From a bacterium (lineage in GTDB: Bacteria > UBA8248), in assembly GCA_965261085.1 (NCBI GenBank), contig OZ253442.1, positions 288,001-352,000 on the forward strand: DNA of 64,000 nt. The letters run 5' to 3'. The notes under the pieces are model-generated. The model searched no databases. It was not told the DNA's origin and saw nothing but the letters and a program-made list of their open reading frames with translations. Position 1 is the stretch's first letter; each line of letters starts with the position of its first letter. Below are positions 1 through 8,870 of this stretch, one piece after another. The position numbers and the translations under genes were made by a program.

Positions 1-1129
1 TCACGGGCATCTTGTCTTTCAAGCCGCCCATGTAGCGCATGTCCTGTTGCTGTTCCTCGGGCGCATGGTGAAGCGCGTGGATCACGCTGCCGCTTCCCAA
101 AAAGAGCAGACCCTTGAAGAAGGCATGGGTCATCAGATGGAAGATGGCGGCCGTGAAGGCGCCCACGCCCAGCGCCATGAACATGAAGCCGAGCTGGCTC
201 ACCGTGCTGTAGGCGAGTACGCGCTTGATGTCGTTTTGCACCAGTCCGATGCTCGCGGCGAAAAGACCCGTGAGCGCGCCGACGATGGCGATGACGCTCA
301 GCGCGTCCGGCCCCATGACGTAGATGGGACTCGTGCGCGCGACCATATAAACGCCCGCCGTCACCATGGTGGCGGCATGGATGAGAGCGCTCACCGGCGT
401 CGGTCCTTCCATGGCGTCGGGCAGCCAGACGTAGAGCGGAATCTGCGCGCTCTTGCCGGCAGCTCCGACGAACAGCAGAAGGCCGACGGCCGTGGCCGCC
501 GCCGCGCTCATCTCGGGAGCCGCCTTGAAGACTTCCGAATAGGTGAGGCTGCCGGTCACCGTCCAGATGAGGAACATGCCGAGCAGAAAACCCGCATCGC
601 CGATCCGGTTGACGATGAACGCCTTCTTGCCGGCGTCGGATGCGGATTTCTTCTCGTACCAGAACCCGATGAGCAGATAGCTGCACAGGCCCACGCCCTC
701 CCAGCCGACGAACATGACGAGATAGTTGTCCCCCAGCACCAGGAGGAACATCGAGAGCATGAAAAGGTTGAGATAGGCGAAAAAGCGCGGATAGCCCGGA
801 TCTTCGTGCATGTAGCCCACGGCGTAGACGTGCACCAGAAAACCCACGCCCGCCACCACCAGCAGCATGATGGTGCTCAAGGGATCGATCAGGAAGCTCA
901 TCGACACGCTGAGGCTGCCCGCCTCCACCCACGTCCACAGCGGAATGGTGTGGCTGCCGCCCGCGCCGAAGATCATCTCAGAAGCTATGCCCAGCACGAC
1001 GAGAAGGGACAAGCCCGCCATGACGGACGCGAGGGGGCCCGCCTTCTCGCCCACGTGCCTTCCGAACAACCCGTTGATCAGAACCCCGATCACCGGGAAA
1101 ACGGGAATGAGCCAAGCCAGTTCGATCAT
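1..1129 (-). CDS. nuoL: NADH-quinone oxidoreductase subunit L, second copy (3' end outside the window)
   Basis: Manual minus-strand translation MIELAWLIPVFP...GWEGVGLCSYLLIGFWY...GKSAQIPLYVWLPDAMEGPTPVSALIHAATMVTAG; absent from the ORF track because the stop lies outside the window. Confidence 0.95.
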   Translation of the reverse strand, partial: MIELAWLIPVFPVIGVLINGLFGRHVGEKAGPLASVMAGLSLLVVLGIASEMIFGAGGSHTIPLWTWVEAGSLSVSMSFLIDPLSTIMLLVVAGVGFLVHVYAVGYMHEDPGYPRFFAYLNLFMLSMFLLVLGDNYLVMFVGWEGVGLCSYLLIGFWYEKKSASDAGKKAFIVNRIGDAGFLLGMFLIWTVTGSLTYSEVFKAAPEMSAAAATAVGLLLFVGAAGKSAQIPLYVWLPDAMEGPTPVSALIHAATMVTAGVYMVARTSPIYVMGPDALSVIAIVGALTGLFAASIGLVQNDIKRVLAYSTVSQLGFMFMALGVGAFTAAIFHLMTHAFFKGLLFLGSGSVIHALHHAPEEQQQDMRYMGGLKDKMPV

Positions 1130-1136
1130 GATTCCC

Positions 1137-1439
1137 CTACCACTTCAAAAGGTTGACTTCGTCCACGTTGACCATCGTGCGGTCGCGGTTCAGGGCGATG
1201 AGAATCGCAAGTCCCACGGCCGCCTCGCACGCCGCCACGGTGATGACGAAAATGGCGAACACCTGGCCCGTCATATCCGCCCAGTGGCGCGAGAAGCCCA
1301 CGAAGGTCACGTTCACGGCATTGAGCATCAATTCGATGGACAACAAGATGATGATGGCGTTTCGGCGCATCAGCACGCCCGCCGCGCCGATGAGGAACAA
1401 AATGGCGCCCAGAGCGAGATAATGAGTCATCTGTATCAT
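1137..1439 (-). CDS. nuoK: NADH-quinone oxidoreductase subunit K, second copy
   Basis: 100 aa, [10 protein letters not shown] and [10 protein letters not shown] motifs. Confidence 0.95.
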   Translation of the reverse strand: MIQMTHYLALGAILFLIGAAGVLMRRNAIIILLSIELMLNAVNVTFVGFSRHWADMTGQVFAIFVITVAACEAAVGLAILIALNRDRTMVNVDEVNLLKW

Positions 1440-1458
1440 AACGGGTTCTTTCTCCCCT

Positions 1459-1968
1459 CTATCGGTCTATCGTGCGTTTCGCGAGGACGATGGCGCCGAT
1501 CATCGCGGCCAGCAGGAGGATGGAGGCCACCTCGAAGGGGAACAGGAATTTCGTGTACAAGACCGCGCCCAGGGCCTCGACGTTGCCCGGCGTGGCTCCT
1601 ATGGACCACCCCCATTGCCTGGGCGTCGCGAACTCCACATCCCCCATCACGGCCCATATTTCCAGACCCAGCAAAACGGCCGCCACGAGCACCATGATTC
1701 CCTGGCGGTGCCACTGCCGCATCCGGACGGCCACTTCCACGTTCATCAGCATGATCGAGAACAGGTACAGCACCATGATGCCGCCCGCGTAGAGCAGAAT
1801 CTGCACCGCCGCCAGAAACTCCGCCCCGGCCAGCACGAAGATGCCCGAGAGGAAGAAAAACGTCAGCACCAGCAACAAGGCCGCGTGAATCACGTTCGCG
1901 CGCGTGATCATCAGCAAAGAGGTGATAATCATCCCGCCACCGAACAAATAAAAGAAATATAGCTCCAC
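1459..1968 (-). CDS. nuoJ: NADH-quinone oxidoreductase subunit J, second copy
   Basis: [22 protein letters not shown] and [17 protein letters not shown] motifs. Confidence 0.95.
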   Translation of the reverse strand: MELYFFYLFGGGMIITSLLMITRANVIHAALLLVLTFFFLSGIFVLAGAEFLAAVQILLYAGGIMVLYLFSIMLMNVEVAVRMRQWHRQGIMVLVAAVLLGLEIWAVMGDVEFATPRQWGWSIGATPGNVEALGAVLYTKFLFPFEVASILLLAAMIGAIVLAKRTIDR

Positions 1969-1987
1969 CCTGCGTCTCTCCCGCGAT

Positions 1988-2959
1988 TTACAAGAACAGG
2001 TACTTCAGGAATCCGGTCAGGAAAATGTTGAACATCACGAGCGGGAACATGAACTTCCAGCCCACGCGCATCAGCTGATCGTAGCGGTAGCGCGGCAGCG
2101 TCGCCCGCAGCCATATGAACACGAATATCATCACGGCGAGCTTGAGGACATACCAGACGAATCCGGGAAGCGGAATGAAGTCCGGCCCCTGCCATCCGCC
2201 GAAGAACAGCGTGACGCCCACCGTCGAGACGACCACGATGTTGGCGTATTCCGCCAGGAAAAAGAACGCGAACTTCATCCCGCTGTATTCGGTATGAAAG
2301 CCCGCCACGAGTTCCGTTTCCGCCTCGGGCAAATCGAAAGGCACGCGGTTCGTCTCCGCAAGCGCTGCGATGAAGAAGACCATGAACGCTATGGGCTGAT
2401 AGAACACGAACCACACGTCGCTCTGGGCGTGCACGATCCCCTGCATATTGAGCGTGCCTGCGAGCATCAGCGGCCCGATGACGGAGAAACCCAGGAAAAT
2501 CTCGTAGCTCAGCATCTGCGCCGCGCTCCTGAGCGCGCCCAGAAGCGAGTATTTGCTGTTCGAGGCCCATCCCGCCATCACGATGCCGAACACGCCGAGC
2601 GAGCTGATCGCCAGGATGAAGAACAGCCCGATGTTCACCTGCGTGATATAGAACGTCGCGCTGAAGGGCAGCACCGAGTAGACGACGAAGGCGGGCACCA
2701 GCACCATGATGGGCGCCAGTACGAACACGATCCGGTCCGCCTTGTCGGGGATGATGTCTTCTTTCAGGAACAGCTTCAGCCCGTCCGCTATCGGCTGGAG
2801 AAGGCCGTGCCAGCCCACGCGCATCGGCCCGAGGCGCATCTGCGCGTGCGCGATCACCTTTCTCTCGGTATACGTCAGATACGCCGCCACGAGCTGAACC
2901 ACGTTCAGCACGATGAATATCTTTATCGCGGCGACCGCGACTTCAAGTGCCATGTCCAA
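1988..2959 (-). CDS. nuoH: NADH-quinone oxidoreductase subunit H, second copy
   Basis: [25 protein letters not shown] and PRYRYDQLM motifs. Confidence 0.96.
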   Translation of the reverse strand: MDMALEVAVAAIKIFIVLNVVQLVAAYLTYTERKVIAHAQMRLGPMRVGWHGLLQPIADGLKLFLKEDIIPDKADRIVFVLAPIMVLVPAFVVYSVLPFSATFYITQVNIGLFFILAISSLGVFGIVMAGWASNSKYSLLGALRSAAQMLSYEIFLGFSVIGPLMLAGTLNMQGIVHAQSDVWFVFYQPIAFMVFFIAALAETNRVPFDLPEAETELVAGFHTEYSGMKFAFFFLAEYANIVVVSTVGVTLFFGGWQGPDFIPLPGFVWYVLKLAVMIFVFIWLRATLPRYRYDQLMRVGWKFMFPLVMFNIFLTGFLKYLFL

Positions 2960-2971
2960 CGAAACTACTCC

Positions 2972-4111
2972 TTACCGATCACACTCGCCCAACACGATGT
3001 CGATGCTTCCGATGATGGCCACCACGTCTGCGACCAACTGCCCGATGCACAGCTTCTTCAGCCCGCCCAGGTTGATGAATGAGGGCGGCCGAATGCGCAC
3101 GCGATAGGGCGTCGTCGTCCCATCGCTCACGATGTAAAAACCGAACTCGCCCTTGGGATTTTCAATGCTGTGGTAGATCTCGCCCTCGGGGGGCTTGATG
3201 GTGCGCGGCGTCTTGCAGCTCACCGGCCCGCCGGGAAGCTGCTTGAGGCACTGCTGGATGATGCGGGTGCTCTGGCGCATCTCCTCGACGCGCACCAGAT
3301 ACCGATCATAGATATCGCCGTTCTCACCGACGGGCACGATGAAATCGAGATAGGGATACGCCGCGTAGGGCTTGGCGCGCCTCAAGTCCCAACGCACGCC
3401 GCTGCCCCGGATGATCGGGCCCGTCAATCCTAAGTCCAGCGCGTCCTCGGCGGAGATGACGCCCACGTCGCGCGTCCTCTGCAGCCAGATGCGGTTGTTG
3501 GTGAGCAGCGTCTCGTAGTCGTCGATGCGGCTCGGGAAGATGTCGATGAACTCCTGCGTGAGTTGCAGGAACTTATCCGGCACGTCCTCGTGCAGACCCC
3601 CGAGACGGAAGGCGTTCACCGTCAGGCGGCCGCCGAACGCCGTCTCGAAGAGATCGAGCACCATCTCACGCTCCCTGAAGCACCACAGGAAAACCGTCAT
3701 CGCCCCGATGTCCAGGGCGTGCGTGGCGAGCCAGAGCAGGTGGCTGGCGATGCGCGAGAGTTCCCCCACCATCGAGCGGATGTACTGCGCCCGCATGGGG
3801 ATCTCCCAGTCGAAGAATTTCTCCACCGCCGTGACCCACGCCAGATTGTTCGAGGGAGCCGCGATGTAGTCGAGGCGATCCGTATACGGGATGAACATCG
3901 TGTAGGTGATGTTCTCGCCAATCTTCTCCGTGCCGCGGTGCAGGTAGCCGATATCGCAGTCGAGATCGTTCACCGTCTCGCCGTCGAGCTTCAGGATGAC
4001 CCGGAGCACACCGTGCGTGCTCGGGTGCTGGGGACCCATGTTGATAACGAGTTCTTCTGTCCCGTGCAGGATGCTCTGCTCGATGCGAGACGTATTCGCT
4101 ACGCCGACCAT
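2972..4111 (-). CDS. nuoD: NADH-quinone oxidoreductase subunit D, second copy (short form)
   Basis: NMGPQHPSTHGVLR, GYLHRG, DRLDY and C-terminal DIVLGECDR. Confidence 0.96.
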   Translation of the reverse strand: MVGVANTSRIEQSILHGTEELVINMGPQHPSTHGVLRVILKLDGETVNDLDCDIGYLHRGTEKIGENITYTMFIPYTDRLDYIAAPSNNLAWVTAVEKFFDWEIPMRAQYIRSMVGELSRIASHLLWLATHALDIGAMTVFLWCFREREMVLDLFETAFGGRLTVNAFRLGGLHEDVPDKFLQLTQEFIDIFPSRIDDYETLLTNNRIWLQRTRDVGVISAEDALDLGLTGPIIRGSGVRWDLRRAKPYAAYPYLDFIVPVGENGDIYDRYLVRVEEMRQSTRIIQQCLKQLPGGPVSCKTPRTIKPPEGEIYHSIENPKGEFGFYIVSDGTTTPYRVRIRPPSFINLGGLKKLCIGQLVADVVAIIGSIDIVLGECDR

Positions 4112-4138
4112 ACCCTTATTCCTTCAAAATACGCTGCC

Positions 4139-4729
4139 CTAATCACCGATTTCCTTGCGCTTCGGCTTGGTGTAAATCCGCTCTCCCCTGCCCTCGAGCG
4201 GGTAGTCCTTTCTCATCGGATGGCTGCCCCAGTTATCGGGCAGGAGTATCCGCCGCAAATCCGGATGATCCTGAAACTCGATGCCGAACAAATCGTACAC
4301 CTCACGCTCCATCCAGTTCGCGCTGCTCCATATTCCCGAAACCGTTGGCACGGACTGACCATCCTTGATCCGCACCTTCAGGCGAAGCCTGCGGTTATGC
4401 TCGATGCTATAGAGGTGATACAGCACCTCCAGAGGATTTTCGGCCTCCGGGTAGTGCACCGCGGTCTGGTCGGTGAGGAGTTCGAAATGCGAATCTCCGT
4501 GGTCGCGCAGATGGGTGGCCACGCCGAGGAGGGAATCGAGTCCTATCACGAACGTCGCCTCGTCCTCCTCGTCCCGATAGGCGCTTTGCTCCAGGACGGC
4601 GCCCGGAAACTTCGATTCCACCAGTTCTTTCAAATCCTCACCGGGCGCGGTCTTCACCTCTTCGGGGGATTCATCGGAATCCGGCGCGCCATTTGCCTGT
4701 TCGCTGTTTTCCACCACTTCGTCCGGCAT
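4139..4729 (-). CDS. nuoC: NADH-quinone oxidoreductase subunit C, second copy
   Basis: WMEREVYDLFGIEFQDHPDLRRILL...HPMRKDYP. Confidence 0.95.
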   Translation of the reverse strand: MPDEVVENSEQANGAPDSDESPEEVKTAPGEDLKELVESKFPGAVLEQSAYRDEEDEATFVIGLDSLLGVATHLRDHGDSHFELLTDQTAVHYPEAENPLEVLYHLYSIEHNRRLRLKVRIKDGQSVPTVSGIWSSANWMEREVYDLFGIEFQDHPDLRRILLPDNWGSHPMRKDYPLEGRGERIYTKPKRKEIGD

Positions 4730-4757
4730 CTTCTTCCCTTAGTCCGCCGTATGGCTT

Positions 4758-5234
4758 TTACCTGCGGATGTATTTTTCCTGTTCAATCTTTTTCTGAAGC
4801 TGCATGACGCCCCACATCAAGGACTCGGGCCTGGGCGGGCAACCCGGAACGTAGACGTCCACCGGGATGATTTCATCCACTCCCTGCATCACCGCATAGT
4901 TCGCATACGGGCCGCCGCAGGTGGCGCAGTTGCCCATCGCGATCACCCAGCGTGGCTCGGGCATCTGATCGTAGACCTTGCGAATCGCATCCCCCATCTT
5001 GTGGGTGACGGTGCCCGCCACGATGATCACGTCGGACTGCCTCGGCGTGGCCCGGAAGATGACGCCGAAACGATCAAAATCGTAACGCGCCGCACCTGAG
5101 GCCATCATCTCGATGGCGCAGCACGCCAGACCGAAGGTCATCGGCCAAAGCGCGCTTTTCCTCGCCCAGGCGACCAGGCTGTCGACTTTCGACGTGATGA
5201 AATTGTCGCTGAATTTACCCTCGACTATGCCCAC
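4758..5234 (-). CDS. nuoB: NADH-quinone oxidoreductase subunit B, second copy
   Basis: [15 protein letters not shown] and VPGCPP N2 ligands; GTG start overlaps the nuoA end. Confidence 0.95.
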   Translation of the reverse strand: MGIVEGKFSDNFITSKVDSLVAWARKSALWPMTFGLACCAIEMMASGAARYDFDRFGVIFRATPRQSDVIIVAGTVTHKMGDAIRKVYDQMPEPRWVIAMGNCATCGGPYANYAVMQGVDEIIPVDVYVPGCPPRPESLMWGVMQLQKKIEQEKYIRR

Positions 5235-5626
5235 TCCAACGCTCCTTTTTTCCAAGCGTAGAAATAACCCACCAACAAGATGGCGATGAACAGCATCATC
5301 TCGATAAATCCGAACAATCCGAGGGCGTCGAATCGCACCGCCCAGGGGAAGAGGAACAAGGCTTCCACGTCGAAAAGCAGGAACAGTATGCCCAGTAAAT
5401 AAAAACGGATGGAGAAGCGCTCATGCGCCTCCATCAGGGGGGGCATGCCGCACTCGTAAGGTGAGTTCTTCTCGGGATCCGGCAAGTTGGGGCGGATAGC
5501 CAGCGCGACAATCAGTACGCTCGCGGCGAATGCGAACGCCATGAGCGTGAACAAAAATATGGGGATATAGGGATTGATGACCTCATAATCCCTGAAAAAA
5601 GCGCCTACAACCTCCATCGCATCCAT
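5225..5626 (-). CDS. nuoA: NADH-quinone oxidoreductase subunit A, second copy (start uncertain)
   Basis: [16 protein letters not shown] and KKGALEW motifs. Confidence 0.93.
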   Translation of the reverse strand: MDAMEVVGAFFRDYEVINPYIPIFLFTLMAFAFAASVLIVALAIRPNLPDPEKNSPYECGMPPLMEAHERFSIRFYLLGILFLLFDVEALFLFPWAVRFDALGLFGFIEMMLFIAILLVGYFYAWKKGALEWA

Positions 5627-5748
5627 GCGTGGCCCCCACAAAAACACAACTAGCCAGGGGTGATGAAAAATGCACCGCCCTCATCGCTGCCGCGAGGCGG
5701 ACATTTCCCTCGAATACCCCTGGAACAAAAACCTGAAACCGAATAAAC

Positions 5749-5770
5749 CGCCATGACTTATATCATGGCG
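5749..5770. promoter_or_regulatory. Perfect 8-bp inverted repeat between the two nuo operons (operator/promoter or terminator hairpin)
   Basis: CGCCATGA-cttata-TCATGGCG; the minus strand reads TGATATAAG, resembling an extended -10. Confidence 0.4.
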
Positions 5771-5796
5771 ACAGCCCAAAAACCAACCCCTGGGGG

Positions 5797-7275
5797 TCAA
5801 TTAAAAAAGACCGTGGAGCGATGCGCGAAATCGAGCACCGAGGAGGGGAAAATCCCCAGTTGCAGGGTGCTAGCGACAGCGAGCGTCAGCGCCGCAAGCG
5901 CATAGGACCAACCCGGATGCGGGCCGCGCCTCGTGGCTCCGCCTTCGGGTTCGCGCATATACATCACCACGACGAGCCTCAGATAATAGTACACGGCCAC
6001 CACGCTGTTGAGCACCGCGATGACGGTCAGCCAGACATATCCACCCTTCAGGGCCGCGCTGAAAACATGGAATTTCGCCACGAAACCCCCGGTGGGCGGC
6101 AGGCCGGCGAGCGACACCATGAATATGGCCATCGCCGCCGCCAGCCCGGGCCGGAAGGAGGCCAGACCCGCGAGATTATCCAGTTGCGTGCCGCCGTCCT
6201 CGCGCATGTTCGAGATGAGGACGAGCACGCAGAAAGCGCCCATGTTCATGAAAACGTAGACGAGCATGTAGTACAGGAATCCGCTCGTGGCCAACTCCGG
6301 GCTCGAGCGCGAGACCACGAGCGCGACCATCAGATAGCCCGCATGAGCGATGCTCGAATAGGCGAGCATCCGCTTCACGCTGGATTGCCAGATGGCGACG
6401 AGGTTCGCCAGGCTCATCGTGAGAACGGCCATCACCCACAAGACCGAATCGAAACTCCCGCCGGCGTCGCCCGCCGAGAGAAAAACCCGGAAAAACGCGG
6501 CGAATGCCGCCGCCTTCGGACCCACGGACATGAACGCCGTCACCGCGGTGGGCGCTCCCTCGTATACGTCCGGCGTCCACATGTAGAACGGCGCGGCGGC
6601 CACCTTGAAGCCCAGACCCACCACCATGAAGCCCAGACCTATCAGGAAGACTGCTCCTCGCGAGGCGGGATTCTCGTGAAGCCGCGTCGCTATTTCGATT
6701 AAATCGACCGAGCCGGTGGCCCCATAGACGAGCGCCATGCCGTAGAGCAGAAAGCCAGAGGCGAACGAGCCGAGCAGAAAGTATTTCAAGGACGCCTCGT
6801 TACCCTCCGGACGGGCGCGCAAATAACCCGCCAGGACGTAGAGCGACAAGGAGAAAACCTCGAGACCCACGAAGATCATCAGCAGGTTTCGCGTCGCCGC
6901 CATGAGCATCATGCCGGAGGTGGCGAAGAGGATGAGGCCGAAATACTCACCCGCCGGGGTATCGTCCAACTCCCGCTGCGCCGCGGCGATGAGCACCGAG
7001 AAAATGCTCGCGAACAAGATGACGACGTATAAGAACTGTGTGAACCCATCGAAGAGATACATGCCGCCGAACGATGCGGCCAGACCGGGTAGAGCCCGCG
7101 TACCAAGCGTCACGCCCAGAGCGGCGGCCAGTGTCGCCAGCGTGATGGCGATGATGGCGGAGCGCTCGCCTCTAGAGAAAAAAGCATCCCACATCAGCAC
7201 CAGCACCGCACCACCCACCGGCAGAATCACCGGCAGCAGATATCCCCAATGGATCGTAGGATGAACGATATCCAA
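5797..7275 (-). CDS. nuoN: NADH-quinone oxidoreductase subunit N
   Basis: EASLKYFLLG, FKVAAAPFYMWTPDVYEGAP and KRMLAYSSIAHAGY. Confidence 0.96.
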   Translation of the reverse strand: MDIVHPTIHWGYLLPVILPVGGAVLVLMWDAFFSRGERSAIIAITLATLAAALGVTLGTRALPGLAASFGGMYLFDGFTQFLYVVILFASIFSVLIAAAQRELDDTPAGEYFGLILFATSGMMLMAATRNLLMIFVGLEVFSLSLYVLAGYLRARPEGNEASLKYFLLGSFASGFLLYGMALVYGATGSVDLIEIATRLHENPASRGAVFLIGLGFMVVGLGFKVAAAPFYMWTPDVYEGAPTAVTAFMSVGPKAAAFAAFFRVFLSAGDAGGSFDSVLWVMAVLTMSLANLVAIWQSSVKRMLAYSSIAHAGYLMVALVVSRSSPELATSGFLYYMLVYVFMNMGAFCVLVLISNMREDGGTQLDNLAGLASFRPGLAAAMAIFMVSLAGLPPTGGFVAKFHVFSAALKGGYVWLTVIAVLNSVVAVYYYLRLVVVMYMREPEGGATRRGPHPGWSYALAALTLAVASTLQLGIFPSSVLDFAHRSTVFFN

Positions 7276-7277
7276 AG

Positions 7278-8834
7278 TTATTTCACCTCAACTCTTTGAA
7301 CATGAGCGATCACGCTCTTTTGTATTTTCCGCTCAGGCGCGGCTTCGACGCGCAGCACCCGCCGGTTCACCTGCGAGAGCCAGGCCTTGGCCGAGGGCTC
7401 GATGCGGTTGAATAATGGTTTGGGATAAAGCCCGATCCAGAACATGAGGGCCACCATGGGCAGCATGACGAGCCACTCACGCCTGTTCATGTCGGAAAGC
7501 CCCAGGTTCGCCCGCACGTTCACCTCGCCGAACAAAACGCGCTGGAGCATCCAGAGCATATAGACCGCCGAGAGAACCACGCCTAGGGCCGCGAATACGG
7601 CGAACCAGACGTTGCGCTCGAACGCGCCCAGCAGAATCGTGAACTCGCCCACGAAACCGTTCAGTCCCGGAAGGCCGATGCTGCTCAGCGCCGTGATGAT
7701 GAAAAACGTCGAAAACACGGGCATCACCCGAATGAGGCCGCCGAATTCCTCGATAAGCCTCGTGTGCCTCCTCGAATAGATGAAGCCCACGATCAGGAAG
7801 AGCGCCCCGCTGCTGATGCCGTGGTTCACCATCTGCAAAACGCTTCCCGAGGCGCCCAGAAGGTTGAAGGAGAACAGCCCCAGCATCACGAAGCCCAGGT
7901 GACTCACCGAGGAGTAGGCCACGAGTTTTTTTACGTCGGTCTGCACCATGGCCATGAGCGCGCCGTAGATGATCCCCACCAGCGCCAGGCATATGATGAG
8001 AAACGCGAACTCGCGCGCCGCCGTCGGGAACAGCGGCATCGCCAGCCTCATGAAGCCGTATGTGCCCATCTTGAGAAGGACGCCGGCGAGGATGACGCTT
8101 CCCGCCGTGGGCGCTTCCACGTGGGCGTCGGGCAGCCAGGTGTGAAACGGGAAAATCGGCACCTTGATGGCGAAGGATATGGCGAACGCGGCGAACAGCC
8201 ACGGCTGAAGGGCGACGTCCACCGGTTCGCGGAGATGGTCCAGGATGTCGAACGTGCCGACCCCGCTCGCGAAATACAGCCAGATGATCGCCACGAGCAT
8301 CAGCACGCTTCCGGCCATGGTGTAGAGGAAGAACTTCACGGCCGCGTAAATCCGGCGGTCTCCGCCCCAGACCCCGATGATGAGGTACATCGGAATCAGC
8401 ATTCCTTCCCAGAAGACGTAGAACAAGAAGAAATCGAGCGCGAAGAACACGCCGAGCATCCCCGTCTCCAGAAACAGCAGGGACATATAGTAAAGCCGCG
8501 TCTTTTTCCGCACGTCATCGAAGGAGAAGAGAATCGCGATGGGCGTCAGAATGGTGGTCAGCATCACGAGCAGGAGGCTGATGCCGTCCACGCCCACTTT
8601 GTATGCAATCCCGAATCTCGGGATCCACTCGGCTTGCTCGACGAACTGCATGCCCGCGAACCCGGGCCTGAAGCCCACGTACATCACCACCGAGAGGGCG
8701 AACGTGGCCAGGGACACCGCCAACGCGAACGCGCGAACGCCTCCGCTTCCCTTGCGGGCGCCCTCGCGCGCGAAGAGAAGCAGCAGACCCCCGAGCATGG
8801 GCAAAAACAAAATCGAGGTGATTATTCCAGGCAC
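7278..8834 (-). CDS. nuoM: NADH-quinone oxidoreductase subunit M
   Basis: KVPIFPFHTWLPDAHVEAPTAGS, LLKMGTYG and AYSSVSHLG. Confidence 0.96.
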   Translation of the reverse strand: MPGIITSILFLPMLGGLLLLFAREGARKGSGGVRAFALAVSLATFALSVVMYVGFRPGFAGMQFVEQAEWIPRFGIAYKVGVDGISLLLVMLTTILTPIAILFSFDDVRKKTRLYYMSLLFLETGMLGVFFALDFFLFYVFWEGMLIPMYLIIGVWGGDRRIYAAVKFFLYTMAGSVLMLVAIIWLYFASGVGTFDILDHLREPVDVALQPWLFAAFAISFAIKVPIFPFHTWLPDAHVEAPTAGSVILAGVLLKMGTYGFMRLAMPLFPTAAREFAFLIICLALVGIIYGALMAMVQTDVKKLVAYSSVSHLGFVMLGLFSFNLLGASGSVLQMVNHGISSGALFLIVGFIYSRRHTRLIEEFGGLIRVMPVFSTFFIITALSSIGLPGLNGFVGEFTILLGAFERNVWFAVFAALGVVLSAVYMLWMLQRVLFGEVNVRANLGLSDMNRREWLVMLPMVALMFWIGLYPKPLFNRIEPSAKAWLSQVNRRVLRVEAAPERKIQKSVIAHVQRVEVK

Positions 8835-8870
8835 TCGCCCCTCACGCTCCTCAAAGAATCGAAAAAATCA

